Notes under the pieces: generated by a model
Database searches by the model: none
Told to the model about the DNA's origin: nothing
Seen by the model: only the letters and a program-made list of their open reading frames with translations
Shown: in pieces, positions 7,830 through 17,760 of the stretch
Layout of the letters: each line of letters starts with the position of its first letter
Numbering within the stretch: the first letter of the stretch is position 1
Made by a program: the position numbers and the translations under genes
Source of the DNA: Christensenellales bacterium
GTDB taxonomy: Bacteria; Bacillota; Clostridia; Christensenellales; UBA1242
Reading direction: 5' to 3'
Assembly (NCBI GenBank): GCA_051889215.1
Contig: JBJFDC010000026.1
Span: 1-56,582 of the forward strand
Length of the DNA stretch: 56,582 nt

Positions 7830-9302
7830 ATGAAGAAAAAATATATCTTGGCGATTGATGAGGGGACAACTTCAGCTCGTGCCGCGGTGTTTGACATTGA
7901 AAAGAATGAAATTGTCAATATGCACTCGGTCAAAATTGGACAAATATATCCGTCAAGCGGTTGGGTTGAGCAAGATGCAAACGAAATTTATTCCGCTCAA
8001 ATTGCCGCCCTGGAAAAATGCCTTGAAATGGGGATTGGTGCGCATGAAATTGTCGGACTTGCCTTGACAAATCAGCGTGAGACAGTTGTTGCCTGGGACA
8101 GAATCAGTGGTCAGCCAATTTATAATGCAATAAACTGGCAGTGCCGCAGGACTGCAAAAAAAATCAACTCTTTGAGTGAAGAAGAACGCAAATTAATTCG
8201 AGAAAAGACTGGACTTATTCCCGATGCATATTTTTCCGCGACAAAAATGCGTTGGATATATGATAATGTTCCAAAAGCAAAAGAACTTGAAAAAGAAAAA
8301 AGACTTTGCATGGGGACGATTGACAGTTTTCTTCTATATCGATTGACTGGTGAGTTTGTCACTGATGCAACAAATGCATCAAGGACAATGCTCTATAACA
8401 TAAAAGAAGGCAAATGGGACAAAGAATTGCTTTCATTATTTGGCGTGAAAAAAGAATGGCTTGCCCAAGTGGTTGATTCAAATTGTGTGGTTGGAAAAAC
8501 AACACTCAGTTGTGGCAAGGTTGATGTTGCGGGAATTTTGGGAGATCAACAAGCCGCACTCTTTGGACAATGCTGTTTTGAAAAAGGCATGGTCAAAAAC
8601 ACCTATGGCACTGGTTGTTTTATGCTCGCAAACATTGGCGACACTCTTGAAAACACGAGTGAAAAACTTTTGACAACCATTGCTTATCAAATTGACGGAA
8701 AAACGACTTATGCTTATGAGGGGAGTGTGTTCAATGCGGGAAGCATAATGACATGGCTCAAAGATGGGCTCAAGATTTTTGACAACACAAATCAAATTGA
8801 AGAACTTGCCTCACGTGTCAAGTCTCCAAACGGAGTTTATTTTATTCCTGCGCTTACCGGACTTGGTTCGCCTTATTGGGACAGTGCGGCACGCGGTGCT
8901 TTTTTGGGATTGGATAGAGGAACAAACAGGTGTCACATGATTCGCGCTTGTCTTGAAGCAGTTGCTTATCGCGCGGAAGACATGATGCAAGAAATGAGGG
9001 ATAGTGGAATTGATGTAAAAAGCTTGCGTTGTGACGGCGGCATGACAAAGAACAATCTTTTGATGCAACTTCAAGCAGACTTGAGTCGGGTTGACATTCT
9101 CATTCCGAGAACGACGGAGAGCACAATTTTGGGTGCATGCTTTATGTGTGCATTGGCAATGGGGACTTTCAAAAGTCTTGACGACATCGCTTTCCGTTGG
9201 GTCGAAATGGCAAGATTTTTGCCTGGGCGAAATTCAAGAATTCAAAAGGATTACAAAAAATGGAAACGCGGAGTTGCGGTCGCAAGAAAATGGAGGGTGT
9301 GA
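7830..9302 (+). CDS. glpK: glycerol kinase
   Basis: FGGY-kinase N-terminus MKKKYILAIDEGTTSARAAVF and conserved blocks NQRETVVAWD and GDQQAALFGQ; 490 aa. Confidence 0.93.
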   Translation: MKKKYILAIDEGTTSARAAVFDIEKNEIVNMHSVKIGQIYPSSGWVEQDANEIYSAQIAALEKCLEMGIGAHEIVGLALTNQRETVVAWDRISGQPIYNAINWQCRRTAKKINSLSEEERKLIREKTGLIPDAYFSATKMRWIYDNVPKAKELEKEKRLCMGTIDSFLLYRLTGEFVTDATNASRTMLYNIKEGKWDKELLSLFGVKKEWLAQVVDSNCVVGKTTLSCGKVDVAGILGDQQAALFGQCCFEKGMVKNTYGTGCFMLANIGDTLENTSEKLLTTIAYQIDGKTTYAYEGSVFNAGSIMTWLKDGLKIFDNTNQIEELASRVKSPNGVYFIPALTGLGSPYWDSAARGAFLGLDRGTNRCHMIRACLEAVAYRAEDMMQEMRDSGIDVKSLRCDGGMTKNNLLMQLQADLSRVDILIPRTTESTILGACFMCALAMGTFKSLDDIAFRWVEMARFLPGRNSRIQKDYKKWKRGVAVARKWRV

Positions 9303-10189
9303 TGAGAGAAGAAGATTTTTTGACATACAACAACACAAAACAACACATTTATATTTTTGACGAAGTGGAGAACCCAAAAGGTGTTGTTCAAATTATTCAC
9401 GGAATGCAAGAGAGCATGAGAACATATTTTGACTTTGCAAAGTTTTTGAATAAAAACGGTTATGTTGCAGTCGGACTTGACCTTCGTGCCCACGGCAAAA
9501 CTGCGGGGGATTTGTCTCAAATTGGAGTTTGTCGTGAACCGCTTTTCAAAAATATTGTTCAAGACCAAATTTTTTTGAGCAAAATGATAAAGAGCAAAAC
9601 AAATTTGCCTCTCTATGTTTTTGGACACTCCTATGGTTCTTTCATTTTGCAAAGATACATTCAACTATATTCTGGATATGAAAAAGTGATTTTGTGCGGT
9701 TCTGCCTATATGAAAAAACCGTTGATTCGCTTTGGCAAATTCATGTCGGGATTGTTTTGCGCATTTGGTGGCGCACACAAAAAAGCACATCTCATTGAAA
9801 ATATGTCTTTCAATTCTTATCAAAAAAAATTCAAAACTGGCAGTTGGATAACATCTGATGAAGAGGAGGCAAAAAAATTTTATGATGACGAAATGAATGC
9901 CTTGCCTTTTGAAAATGCATTCTACAAAGATATGTTTTCAAATCAACTTAAACTCTACTCAGTCAAAGAACTTGCAAAAATTGATACGTCCAAACCAATT
10001 TTTATAATTTCTGGCGAAGACGATCCGATTGGCGACTATTCAAAATCTGTCAAAAAACTCTACGACCTATATTTTGACCTTGGGCTCAAAGTTCAAATGA
10101 AACTCTATTCCGGACTCCGTCACGGACTCGTTCAAGAAACAAGACGAAATGAAGTTATGAACGACATTCTCACGTTCATTGAACAATAA
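9302..10189 (+). CDS. alpha/beta hydrolase (lysophospholipase / monoacylglycerol-lipase-like)
   Basis: Nucleophile elbow GHSYGS, an HG oxyanion region (IHGMQES) and a late His (GLRHG). The start overlaps the glpK stop (TGATG). Confidence 0.75.
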   Translation: MREEDFLTYNNTKQHIYIFDEVENPKGVVQIIHGMQESMRTYFDFAKFLNKNGYVAVGLDLRAHGKTAGDLSQIGVCREPLFKNIVQDQIFLSKMIKSKTNLPLYVFGHSYGSFILQRYIQLYSGYEKVILCGSAYMKKPLIRFGKFMSGLFCAFGGAHKKAHLIENMSFNSYQKKFKTGSWITSDEEEAKKFYDDEMNALPFENAFYKDMFSNQLKLYSVKELAKIDTSKPIFIISGEDDPIGDYSKSVKKLYDLYFDLGLKVQMKLYSGLRHGLVQETRRNEVMNDILTFIEQ

Positions 10190-10242
10190 ACACTCTTGAC
10201 ATGTTCCATATTTATGTTAAACTTAACATATATGGAGGGGTT

Positions 10243-11019
10243 ATGGGTATAAAAGATTCTGTTAAAAACCTTATTGAAAAAGTCAAAGATAAATATGACG
10301 ACTATCAAGAACGAAAGAGCATTGAAGCTGAAGAAGAAGCGGAAAGAAGAAGATTAAACACCCCGATTATGGATATTGATTGTGTATATAAACCAGAGAT
10401 AGATCGCACTGATATTTCTGAAGAATATAGAAATCACGGCGAATGTTATATGCTGACAAATCTTATGATGCATGCGGGCATATATCCTGAAAAATTTCAA
10501 TTACGTTTGTATGAGGAAATTGAAACGCACGGTGCACCAATGTTTGAAGATGACTATGGCAGAAGATATGCGGCGTGGGGCAGTGATGAACTGCTTGAAA
10601 TTGAGTATGGAAAAAGCACATATTACAACTTTTCGCAATTTGGCGAAAGATTGCTATCTCCCGAAGAAGAAGATATGGTTATGTTCGCTTTGAGAAAACT
10701 TGAAGAAAGTTATTATGTGACATACATAATTTCCAACTTGGAACCTTATTTTGTTTTTTCCAGAAGAGTGACAAATTTCTTGGATGGTTGCCTATCAACT
10801 TATTGTCAAGAAAAGTATGCAAAATATAAAGCATCAATGTCGCACGAGGAAGCAAAAGGGAAAGCAATAAACGATGTAAAACCATACAAAGATATTTTGA
10901 ACAGAAAAAGCAAAGAATATGAAGATAAATATCAAATTTTCTTAAACAAACAGCGCGAACAACAAATAAAAAAACAAAACGAACAAAAGGATTTGTTTGA
11001 CTCCTATAGATCGCTATAA
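10243..11019 (+). CDS. hypothetical protein (258 aa)
   Basis: ORF with RBS GGAGGGG. No motif recognised. Confidence 0.55.
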   Translation: MGIKDSVKNLIEKVKDKYDDYQERKSIEAEEEAERRRLNTPIMDIDCVYKPEIDRTDISEEYRNHGECYMLTNLMMHAGIYPEKFQLRLYEEIETHGAPMFEDDYGRRYAAWGSDELLEIEYGKSTYYNFSQFGERLLSPEEEDMVMFALRKLEESYYVTYIISNLEPYFVFSRRVTNFLDGCLSTYCQEKYAKYKASMSHEEAKGKAINDVKPYKDILNRKSKEYEDKYQIFLNKQREQQIKKQNEQKDLFDSYRSL

Positions 11020-11052
11020 AAAAAGACGAGAAATTTTCTCGTCTTTTTTTTT
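11019..11052. terminator. bidirectional terminator
   Basis: The stem GACGAG/CTCGTC is flanked by A-run and T-run and lies between convergent genes. Confidence 0.7.
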
Positions 11053-11057
11053 GCTTA

Positions 11058-11597
11058 TTAATAGTTTGTTGAACGAAGCTCGAAATATGCTTGAGGGTGA
11101 GCACATACTGGACAAACAAGAGGTGCTTGTTTTCCAACATGGATATGTCCGCAATTTGTGCAAATCCAAACATTTGTTTCGCCCTTTTCAAAGACTGAAC
11201 CATTTTTGACATTCTCAAGGAGTTTGAGATATCTTTCTTCGTGTTCTTTTTCAATTTTTGCAACACCCAAAAATTGTTCAGCGATATCATTGAAGCCCTC
11301 TTCTTTTGCTTCTCTTGCCATTCTTTCATACATGTCTGTCCATTCGCCATGTTCGCCAGCGGCTGCCTCAATCAAGTTTTCAACTGTTGAAGGGATTTTT
11401 CCGCCTTTGATATGTTTGAACCAAAGTTTTGCATGTTCTTTTTCGTTGTTGGCTGTTTCTTCAAAAATGTTTGCGATTTGAACAAAGCCATCTTTTTTTG
11501 CTTGAGAAGCAAAATATGTGTATTTGTTTCTTGCTTGGCTTTCACCAGCGAAAGCTTCCATAAGATTTTTTTCTGTTTTTGAACCTTTTAATTCCAT
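11058..11597 (-). CDS. rbr: rubrerythrin
   Basis: Ferritin-like diiron domain (EGES, EKEH, EHGE, EKEHEE) plus a C-terminal rubredoxin motif CTNCG...CPVCA. Confidence 0.92.
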   Translation of the reverse strand: MELKGSKTEKNLMEAFAGESQARNKYTYFASQAKKDGFVQIANIFEETANNEKEHAKLWFKHIKGGKIPSTVENLIEAAAGEHGEWTDMYERMAREAKEEGFNDIAEQFLGVAKIEKEHEERYLKLLENVKNGSVFEKGETNVWICTNCGHIHVGKQAPLVCPVCAHPQAYFELRSTNY

Positions 11598-11619
11598 ATG
11601 TTTTTCTCCTTTCTTTTAT

Positions 11620-11648
11620 ATTATCCAATTTAACAAAAATAGTGTCAA
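11620..11648 (-). promoter_or_regulatory. sigmaA-type promoter of rbr
   Basis: On the minus strand: TTGACA (11643-11648), a 17-nt spacer, then TGgATAAT with -10 GATAAT (11620-11625). Confidence 0.55.
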
Positions 11649-11718
11649 GCAAAATTAAAAAAATATTATATACTTTGAGATGAAGTTGTGATATAATGGA
11701 AAAGTTTTAGGAGAGACG

Positions 11719-12510
11719 ATGAGAGTTTGTAATCTTGCCAGTGGCAGTGCGGGCAACTGCACCTATGTTGAAGGCGACAGAACAAAACTACTGATTGATT
11801 GTGGGCTGACAATAAGCGATTTGTCGGCGCGTCTTCATATGCTTGGAGCAAGTCTTGAAGAAATTGATGCTGTTGTTGTTTCTCATGAACATGTTGACCA
11901 CATAAGAAGTCTTGCCACACTTTCAAAAAAATTCAACAAAAAAATCTATGCTTATGTTGATGAATGGCAGGCAATCCTTTCAAAGCAAAAAAATATTAAC
12001 CCCGCAAATCAAATGGCCTTTTTTGATATGCCGTTTGATATTGGAGGCATAAAAGTGACACCCATTGCGCTGCCGCACGACAGCCATACGTGTTTTGGAT
12101 TTTCTTTTGAGGAAAATGGCAAAAAGTTTAGTATTTTGACAGACTTGGGACAAACTAATGATAGAATTTTGTCGCAAGTTGCGGGAAGTGTGTTGGTTTA
12201 TCTTGAGGCAAATCATGATGAACAAATGCTTTTGGACAACCCCAACTATCCATTGTCGCTCAAGCGCAGAATTTTGTCGGGGCACGGACACCTTTCAAAT
12301 GTCGCATCGGCAAAAGCGATTGAAAAACTTTCGAGATATGGAACAAAGCAAGTTGTCCTCAGTCATTTGAGCGAAAAAAACAACACTCCGGATTTGGCAT
12401 TCGACACAATCTGTTCATATCTTTGTGAGCACGGCATCAAGCAAGGGGAGAACATAAGGATTGATGTTGCCAGACAAGACAGGCCAACAACAATATTTAA
12501 TCTTCGCTAA
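11719..12510 (+). CDS. WalJ/YycJ-like MBL-fold metallo-hydrolase
   Basis: SHEHVDH motif. Overall collinear with my recollection of B. subtilis YycJ (ASGSxGN...LIDCGL...HGHLSN) and followed by an HtrC-like protease, as in Bacillus. Confidence 0.8.
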   Translation: MRVCNLASGSAGNCTYVEGDRTKLLIDCGLTISDLSARLHMLGASLEEIDAVVVSHEHVDHIRSLATLSKKFNKKIYAYVDEWQAILSKQKNINPANQMAFFDMPFDIGGIKVTPIALPHDSHTCFGFSFEENGKKFSILTDLGQTNDRILSQVAGSVLVYLEANHDEQMLLDNPNYPLSLKRRILSGHGHLSNVASAKAIEKLSRYGTKQVVLSHLSEKNNTPDLAFDTICSYLCEHGIKQGENIRIDVARQDRPTTIFNLR

Positions 12511-12546
12511 TCGCACAAAATTCTTTTGATTTTGGAGCGATTTTTT

Positions 12547-13566
12547 ATGAAAAAAATGGGATTATTGTTTGTTATTATTTTGTTTTTTGCCGCACCATTA
12601 ACGGGTTGTGATTTTGGACGAAATGCAATCGACTATTCGATTGACATGACGCCTCGCATGGTGACTCTTTCTCAATCAAGCGCAGAAGATGTCGTGAGGG
12701 CGGTCAGCGTTGCAAGTGTTGCAATCAGGGCAACAGCAACAAAAACCGAAGCGATTGGAAGTGGCGTGGCGGTTGCAAGTGGCGGCTATGTTCTCACAAA
12801 TTATCACGTGATTGATGGTGCAAAAACTTTGACATTGTATCTTGCCAATAATGACACGACTTCGGCAAGTGTTGTTTGGGGTGACAAAGACCAAGACCTT
12901 GCAATTCTCAAGGCGGGAACAAATCTTCCATATGTTGAGATGAGTGCGTCAAGCAACCTAAAAAAGGGTCAAGATGTTTTGGCGATTGGAACGCCTTTGA
13001 GTTTGCAGTTTGAACAAACTGTGACAAAAGGGATTGTCTCTTCTCTCAATCGAACGGTTGAGGTTGAAAATTCGGACGGGACGACTTCATATATTCAAAA
13101 TCTAATTCAACATGATGCGAGTATAAATCCGGGAAATTCTGGCGGACCTTTGTTTAATCTTCGAGGGCAAGTCGTTGGGATAAACACGCTAAAAGCCAGT
13201 CAGGCAGAAGGTTTGGGTTTTGCAATCCCGATTGAGATTTGTGTGCCAGTCCTCAAAAAAATCACAAACGGACTGAGTTTTGAAACGCCATATCTTGGAA
13301 TTTTTGGATTTGATGCAACAACTGCAAAATATTATGACAAAACAACTCAAAAAGATGGTGTTTATGTCATGAACGTAAGCGAAAATGGTCCGTGCGATGA
13401 GGCGGGAGTGGAAGTTGGAGACGTCATCACAAAAATCAATGGAAAGTTGGTTTCCACTCTCTTGGATTTGAGGGTTGAACTCTATGAATTTCAAAGTGGA
13501 GACGTGATTGAGTTGGAAATTGACCGAAATTCACAAATATTTGCCACACAAGTCACTTTGCAATAA
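12547..13566 (+). CDS. HtrA/HtrC-like trypsin-type serine protease with PDZ domain, lipoprotein-type signal
   Basis: Lipobox LTGC, catalytic blocks TNYHVIDGA, DLAILK and GNSGGPL, and a C-terminal PDZ domain (GVEVGDVITKINGK). Confidence 0.88.
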   Translation: MKKMGLLFVIILFFAAPLTGCDFGRNAIDYSIDMTPRMVTLSQSSAEDVVRAVSVASVAIRATATKTEAIGSGVAVASGGYVLTNYHVIDGAKTLTLYLANNDTTSASVVWGDKDQDLAILKAGTNLPYVEMSASSNLKKGQDVLAIGTPLSLQFEQTVTKGIVSSLNRTVEVENSDGTTSYIQNLIQHDASINPGNSGGPLFNLRGQVVGINTLKASQAEGLGFAIPIEICVPVLKKITNGLSFETPYLGIFGFDATTAKYYDKTTQKDGVYVMNVSENGPCDEAGVEVGDVITKINGKLVSTLLDLRVELYEFQSGDVIELEIDRNSQIFATQVTLQ

Positions 13567-13613
13567 TGTGAAAATTAATTTGATATATTTTTGTTGTGTG
13601 ATAAAATGTTTTT

Positions 13614-14594
13614 GTGAATACGAGAAATAACGAAATTATAAAAACGCAAAAAATCGACAAAAAACTTTATTATGATCCAAATGACAGCGGACTTGGATTT
13701 GCTGTTTGTTGCATTGTTCCACAACTTCTTGCCGTCGTGATTTATCTTATTCTGGGAGCTTTTGGTCTTGCAGAAGGACTTGGAATGAAAATTGTTTCTT
13801 GCACCATTGGACCAATTTGCTATATTGTTTACTTTTGTTTGATTAATAAGACAAAAAATATTGATTGGAAACATGCGAGTGGAATAGAATTTAAAATGAA
13901 ATGGTGGCACCCACTTCTTGCCATTGGAATTGCATTGCTATGCATCTTTGGATTAAACTACTTCATCACACTCGTTGACAAGGGGCTTGAACTTGTGGGC
14001 TATCAGGCGGCTGGCGGGATTGGACTTCCAATGGACAATTTTGGTTGGTTTGTGCTCAATGTTTTGTTGCTCGCAGTTCTTCCTGCAATATGTGAAGAAC
14101 TGATATTCAGGGGGATTATATTTGGCGGCATGCGCGAGATGGGTGAGACAAGTGCAGTGTTCTTTTCGGCATTTTTGTTCGCACTTTTCCATGGCAACGC
14201 GTCTCAAACAGTTTATCAATTTATTTTGGGAATTGTGCTTTGCTATATCTTCATCATAACAAAAAATCTCTTGTGTTCAATGATTTTGCATTTTACTAAT
14301 AATTTTGTTGTTCTTTTAATAAATTATATATTAAGGGACAATCCGGCATTGGCGATTGAATATAATGCAACTTTCATCATTTTTGCAATTCTTGGTGCCA
14401 TTGCGACAGGTGTTGTTATTTGGCTGGTTGTTTGGCTTTTCACAAGAAATCAAAAACAAAATTTGACCGCGGCTCAAAAATCTCAAGAAAAATTGCTTGA
14501 ACGAAAAGTTCGCGGGCAAGTTCTCACAAACAAACTATTGTGGATTGGGCTTATTTTTGCCTTGACAATTTGGATTGCAGACTTTATATATTAG
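13614..14594 (+). CDS. CPBP family intramembrane glutamic endopeptidase (CAAX protease/Abi family)
   Basis: Motifs EELIFRG, FALFHG and HFTNN in a polytopic membrane protein. The GTG start is uncertain. Confidence 0.8.
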   Translation: MNTRNNEIIKTQKIDKKLYYDPNDSGLGFAVCCIVPQLLAVVIYLILGAFGLAEGLGMKIVSCTIGPICYIVYFCLINKTKNIDWKHASGIEFKMKWWHPLLAIGIALLCIFGLNYFITLVDKGLELVGYQAAGGIGLPMDNFGWFVLNVLLLAVLPAICEELIFRGIIFGGMREMGETSAVFFSAFLFALFHGNASQTVYQFILGIVLCYIFIITKNLLCSMILHFTNNFVVLLINYILRDNPALAIEYNATFIIFAILGAIATGVVIWLVVWLFTRNQKQNLTAAQKSQEKLLERKVRGQVLTNKLLWIGLIFALTIWIADFIY

Positions 14595-14607
14595 ACATCG
14601 GGGTTTT

Positions 14608-15738
14608 ATGAAAAAAAGAAGTGATTTGTTTAAAATTAATTTGATTTATTTCATATTGATTTGTGCATTTGTTTTGGTGCGCATTGTTTTTGCTTTGGAT
14701 TTATTTAAACTTTCTGACACTGCATCTGATTATGTTGGCTCAATCCTTATTCAAATTGGCATTATGTTTGCCTTGACATTTGGATTATATTTGTTGTTTT
14801 TCAAGAAAAAACCAAAAGAACTTTTCAAAGATTTCAAATTTACAAAAATAAATTTCAAAGCGGTTTTAATTTCAATCGCCATTGGAATATTGGCATATTT
14901 TTTGACAATCTGCGTGGCTTCGATATTTAATTTTTTCCTAGGGTTATTTGGTTATCAGGCGGCGTCTGGCTCTTCGACAAGTGTTGGAACTTGGGGCGAC
15001 TTTGTTGTGTCAATCGTTCTTGTCGCAATTTTGCCCGGGTTTTGTGAGGAATTTGTTCACCGTGGACTTTTGGTCAAAGGTTTTTCTGAACTTGGAGTGA
15101 AAAAGACAATAATCTATTCGGGACTGTTGTTTGGACTCATGCACCTAAACATTTCACAATTTTTCTATGCCACCTTGATTGGTTGTTTGCTTGTTGTCTT
15201 GGTTATGGCCTCGGGAAGCATAATTCCAGCGATGATTGTGCATTTTATGAACAATTTTATTAATGTTTATTTTTCATATGCTCAAGACCTCAATTTGCCG
15301 CTCACAAAAACATTTAATGCCCTTGGTGCGCTTTTGACGAACTATGGAATTTTGTCTATTTTTCTTCTTGTTGTGTTGATTGCAATTTCTGTGTTCGGAC
15401 TTGTGTTCCTCATAAAAGCTCTTTTCAAAGAAACATATGGCAAGAAATTTGAGAAAGTCAAGAGTGATATTGCAAAAGAATATCTTCATGATGAGGTCAT
15501 GGGGCAAATTGAATCTCCAGAAGTTGGCTCTGGTGATGCGGGGCTCGTGTTTGACGAAGAAGTTGATATTGCAGGCGACAAACGGCTAATAAAAATAAAG
15601 ATTCCTTTTGAGCGAATGGGGCTTGAAGTAAAACCAATCTACAAACCAAAGTTTGTTGACAACATTTTCTTTTATGCGTCGCTAGCGCTTGGAATTGCAA
15701 TAACAATATTCACGTTCATTTGGGGGCTTGGAATTTGA
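14608..15738 (+). CDS. CPBP family intramembrane glutamic endopeptidase (second copy)
   Basis: Motifs EEFVHRG, GLMHLN and HFMNNF. Trimmed to the ATG of MKKRSDLF. Confidence 0.8.
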   Translation: MKKRSDLFKINLIYFILICAFVLVRIVFALDLFKLSDTASDYVGSILIQIGIMFALTFGLYLLFFKKKPKELFKDFKFTKINFKAVLISIAIGILAYFLTICVASIFNFFLGLFGYQAASGSSTSVGTWGDFVVSIVLVAILPGFCEEFVHRGLLVKGFSELGVKKTIIYSGLLFGLMHLNISQFFYATLIGCLLVVLVMASGSIIPAMIVHFMNNFINVYFSYAQDLNLPLTKTFNALGALLTNYGILSIFLLVVLIAISVFGLVFLIKALFKETYGKKFEKVKSDIAKEYLHDEVMGQIESPEVGSGDAGLVFDEEVDIAGDKRLIKIKIPFERMGLEVKPIYKPKFVDNIFFYASLALGIAITIFTFIWGLGI

Positions 15739-16190
15739 AGATAAACATTTTGGCGGTTGGGAATATAAAAGAGACATATTTTGTCAAGGCGTGCGAAGAA
15801 TATGCAAAGCGTCTTGGCAAATTTTGTGATTTAAACATAATTGAAATTCAAGAAAAAAACAAACTTTCAACACCAGAACAATGCCTTTATGCCGAGGCAA
15901 AAGACATCGAAAAGCACTTGACGGGTTTTGTTGTCGTCATGGACAAGTTCGGCAAAAAATTCGACAGTGTTTCATTTTCAAAAAAACTCGAAGAAATAAA
16001 AATGACGAACTCAACAATAACATTTGTCATTGGCTCGTCATTTGGGCTTGACCAAACAATAAAGCAAAAAGCCAATCTTTTGATGTCTGTGTCCGACATG
16101 ACATTTCCGCATCAACTTTTTCGCGTGCTGCTGCTCGAACAAATTTATCGTGCGTTTTGCATTGAAAACAATATAACTTATCACAAATAG
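15735..16190 (+). CDS. rlmH: 23S rRNA (pseudouridine1915-N3)-methyltransferase RlmH
   Basis: Small SPOUT methyltransferase with N-terminus (L)KINILAVGNIKE and C-terminus FPHQLFRVLLLEQIYRA. The TTG start overlaps the upstream TGA. Confidence 0.85.
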   Translation: MKINILAVGNIKETYFVKACEEYAKRLGKFCDLNIIEIQEKNKLSTPEQCLYAEAKDIEKHLTGFVVVMDKFGKKFDSVSFSKKLEEIKMTNSTITFVIGSSFGLDQTIKQKANLLMSVSDMTFPHQLFRVLLLEQIYRAFCIENNITYHK

Positions 16191-16199
16191 GGGAACAAG

Positions 16200-16643
16200 A
16201 TGGAAGAATTTATGAATGAAGCTTTGCGGCTTGCGCGACTTGCTGGAAAACGAGGTGAAGTGCCAATCGGAGCGGTTGTCACGAAAGGCGAAAAAATCAT
16301 TGCACGCGGATATAACTGTCGCGAGAAAAAGCAAAACGCACTCTTGCATGCCGAAATTGTTGCAATATCAAAGGCCTGCAAAAAACTGCATTCTTGGAGA
16401 CTTGATGGTTGCACGCTTTTTGTCACACTTGAACCATGTCCAATGTGTGCAGGTGCAATTCTAAACGCAAGAATGGACAAGGTGGTGTTTGGTGCATATG
16501 ACGCTCAAAGTGGGTTTTGCACGAGCAACCCGAGTTTTCTTGGGGGTGGAGTGCTCAATCACAAAGTTGAAGTGGTTGGCGGAATAAAAGAGGAAGAATG
16601 CAAAAAACTAATACAAGATTTTTTTAGGTCAAAAAGGAAATAA
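16200..16643 (+). CDS. tadA: tRNA adenosine(34) deaminase
   Basis: Zinc motifs HAEIVAI and PCPMCAGA; 147 aa. Confidence 0.9.
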   Translation: MEEFMNEALRLARLAGKRGEVPIGAVVTKGEKIIARGYNCREKKQNALLHAEIVAISKACKKLHSWRLDGCTLFVTLEPCPMCAGAILNARMDKVVFGAYDAQSGFCTSNPSFLGGGVLNHKVEVVGGIKEEECKKLIQDFFRSKRK

Positions 16644-16645
16644 AG

Positions 16646-17620
16646 ATGGAAATATTTTTATCAAGTCTATATTTAATAATTGGCTTGGTGTTGCTTGTTT
16701 TGGGTGGGGATTGGTTTGTTAAGAGTTCAATACAAATCGCAAAACGCACAAAAATCCCGCAAGCCATCATTGGAGCAACCATTGTTAGCATTGCAACCAC
16801 GCTCCCAGAATTGATTGTGACAATTTTGTCTTCCGCAAACGGATCATTTGGCCTCGCGGTTGGAAACAGCATTGGGTCAGTGATCGCCAACACAGGACTT
16901 GTTGCTGGGATTGCGCTGTGCTTTTTGAAACTCAAGCAAGACTCAAAATTTATGAATATGAAATTTGCGGCTTTTATTTTGATTTGCTTGTTTTTGCTTT
17001 CTGTTTCAATCAATCAAAACATTTCTTGGGTTGAGGGAATGTTCCTCATTCTTATTGCCATTGCCTTTTTTGCACTCAATGTTCATGATGCCAAAAAAAG
17101 TTTTGGGCAGTTTGGTCCAGACGAAGATGACACAAAAGATATGAAAACATGGCAAATCGCCCTATTTTTCATTTTGGGTGCGGCAGGAATTGCAGGCGGG
17201 GCAGAACTTTTGGTGCTCGGTGGAGAAAATTTGGCACGCCTTGCTGGAATGAGCGAGACGTTTATTGGATTGACAATAATTGGGATTGGAACAAGTCTTC
17301 CAGAACTTGTGACAACAATCTCGTCCATAAGAAAAAAAGCGGGGAGCATTGGAATTGGAAATATTGTTGGAGCAAACATTCTCAACATTGGTCTTTTGAT
17401 TGGGCTGGCAAGTTGCATCAGTGGCGGGCAGGGACTATTTGTTGACAAGTTGACAATGGCAATATCAATCCCTGTTGCAATTGTTTTGTGTCTTGTTATG
17501 ACAATTCCATTTATGATAAAAAAAGAGTCATTCCGTTTTCAAGGAATAACATTAATTTCAATATACGTTATATACTTTGTCTTTTTAATTATTAATGCAA
17601 TCTTTGGTTATGTTGCATAA
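16646..17620 (+). CDS. CaCA-family sodium/calcium antiporter (YrbG-like)
   Basis: Two alpha-repeats, GNSIGSVIANTG and GNIVGANILNIG, in a roughly 10-TM protein. Confidence 0.8.
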   Translation: MEIFLSSLYLIIGLVLLVLGGDWFVKSSIQIAKRTKIPQAIIGATIVSIATTLPELIVTILSSANGSFGLAVGNSIGSVIANTGLVAGIALCFLKLKQDSKFMNMKFAAFILICLFLLSVSINQNISWVEGMFLILIAIAFFALNVHDAKKSFGQFGPDEDDTKDMKTWQIALFFILGAAGIAGGAELLVLGGENLARLAGMSETFIGLTIIGIGTSLPELVTTISSIRKKAGSIGIGNIVGANILNIGLLIGLASCISGGQGLFVDKLTMAISIPVAIVLCLVMTIPFMIKKESFRFQGITLISIYVIYFVFLIINAIFGYVA

Positions 17621-17627
17621 AAAATTG

Positions 17628-17760
17628 GTGGAAATGTGGATAACTTACCCATAAATACCCCCCTTTATCCACATTTTACAAAAAAATTGGCACAGATTTA
17701 TAATTATTCATAAAAATTTATAAATATTACAATGTGGAAATGTGGATAACTTTATCCACC
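17628..17760. promoter_or_regulatory. DnaA-box cluster
   Basis: TGTGGATAA at 17635-17643, TTATCCACA at 17665-17673, TGTGGATAA at 17741-17749, and TTATCCACc at 17752-17760. Two 7/9 boxes TGTGGAAAT lie adjacent. The 19-bp direct repeat gtggaaatgtggataactt occurs at 17628-17646 and 17734-17752. An AT-rich tract at 17699-17733 lies between. Confidence 0.8.
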
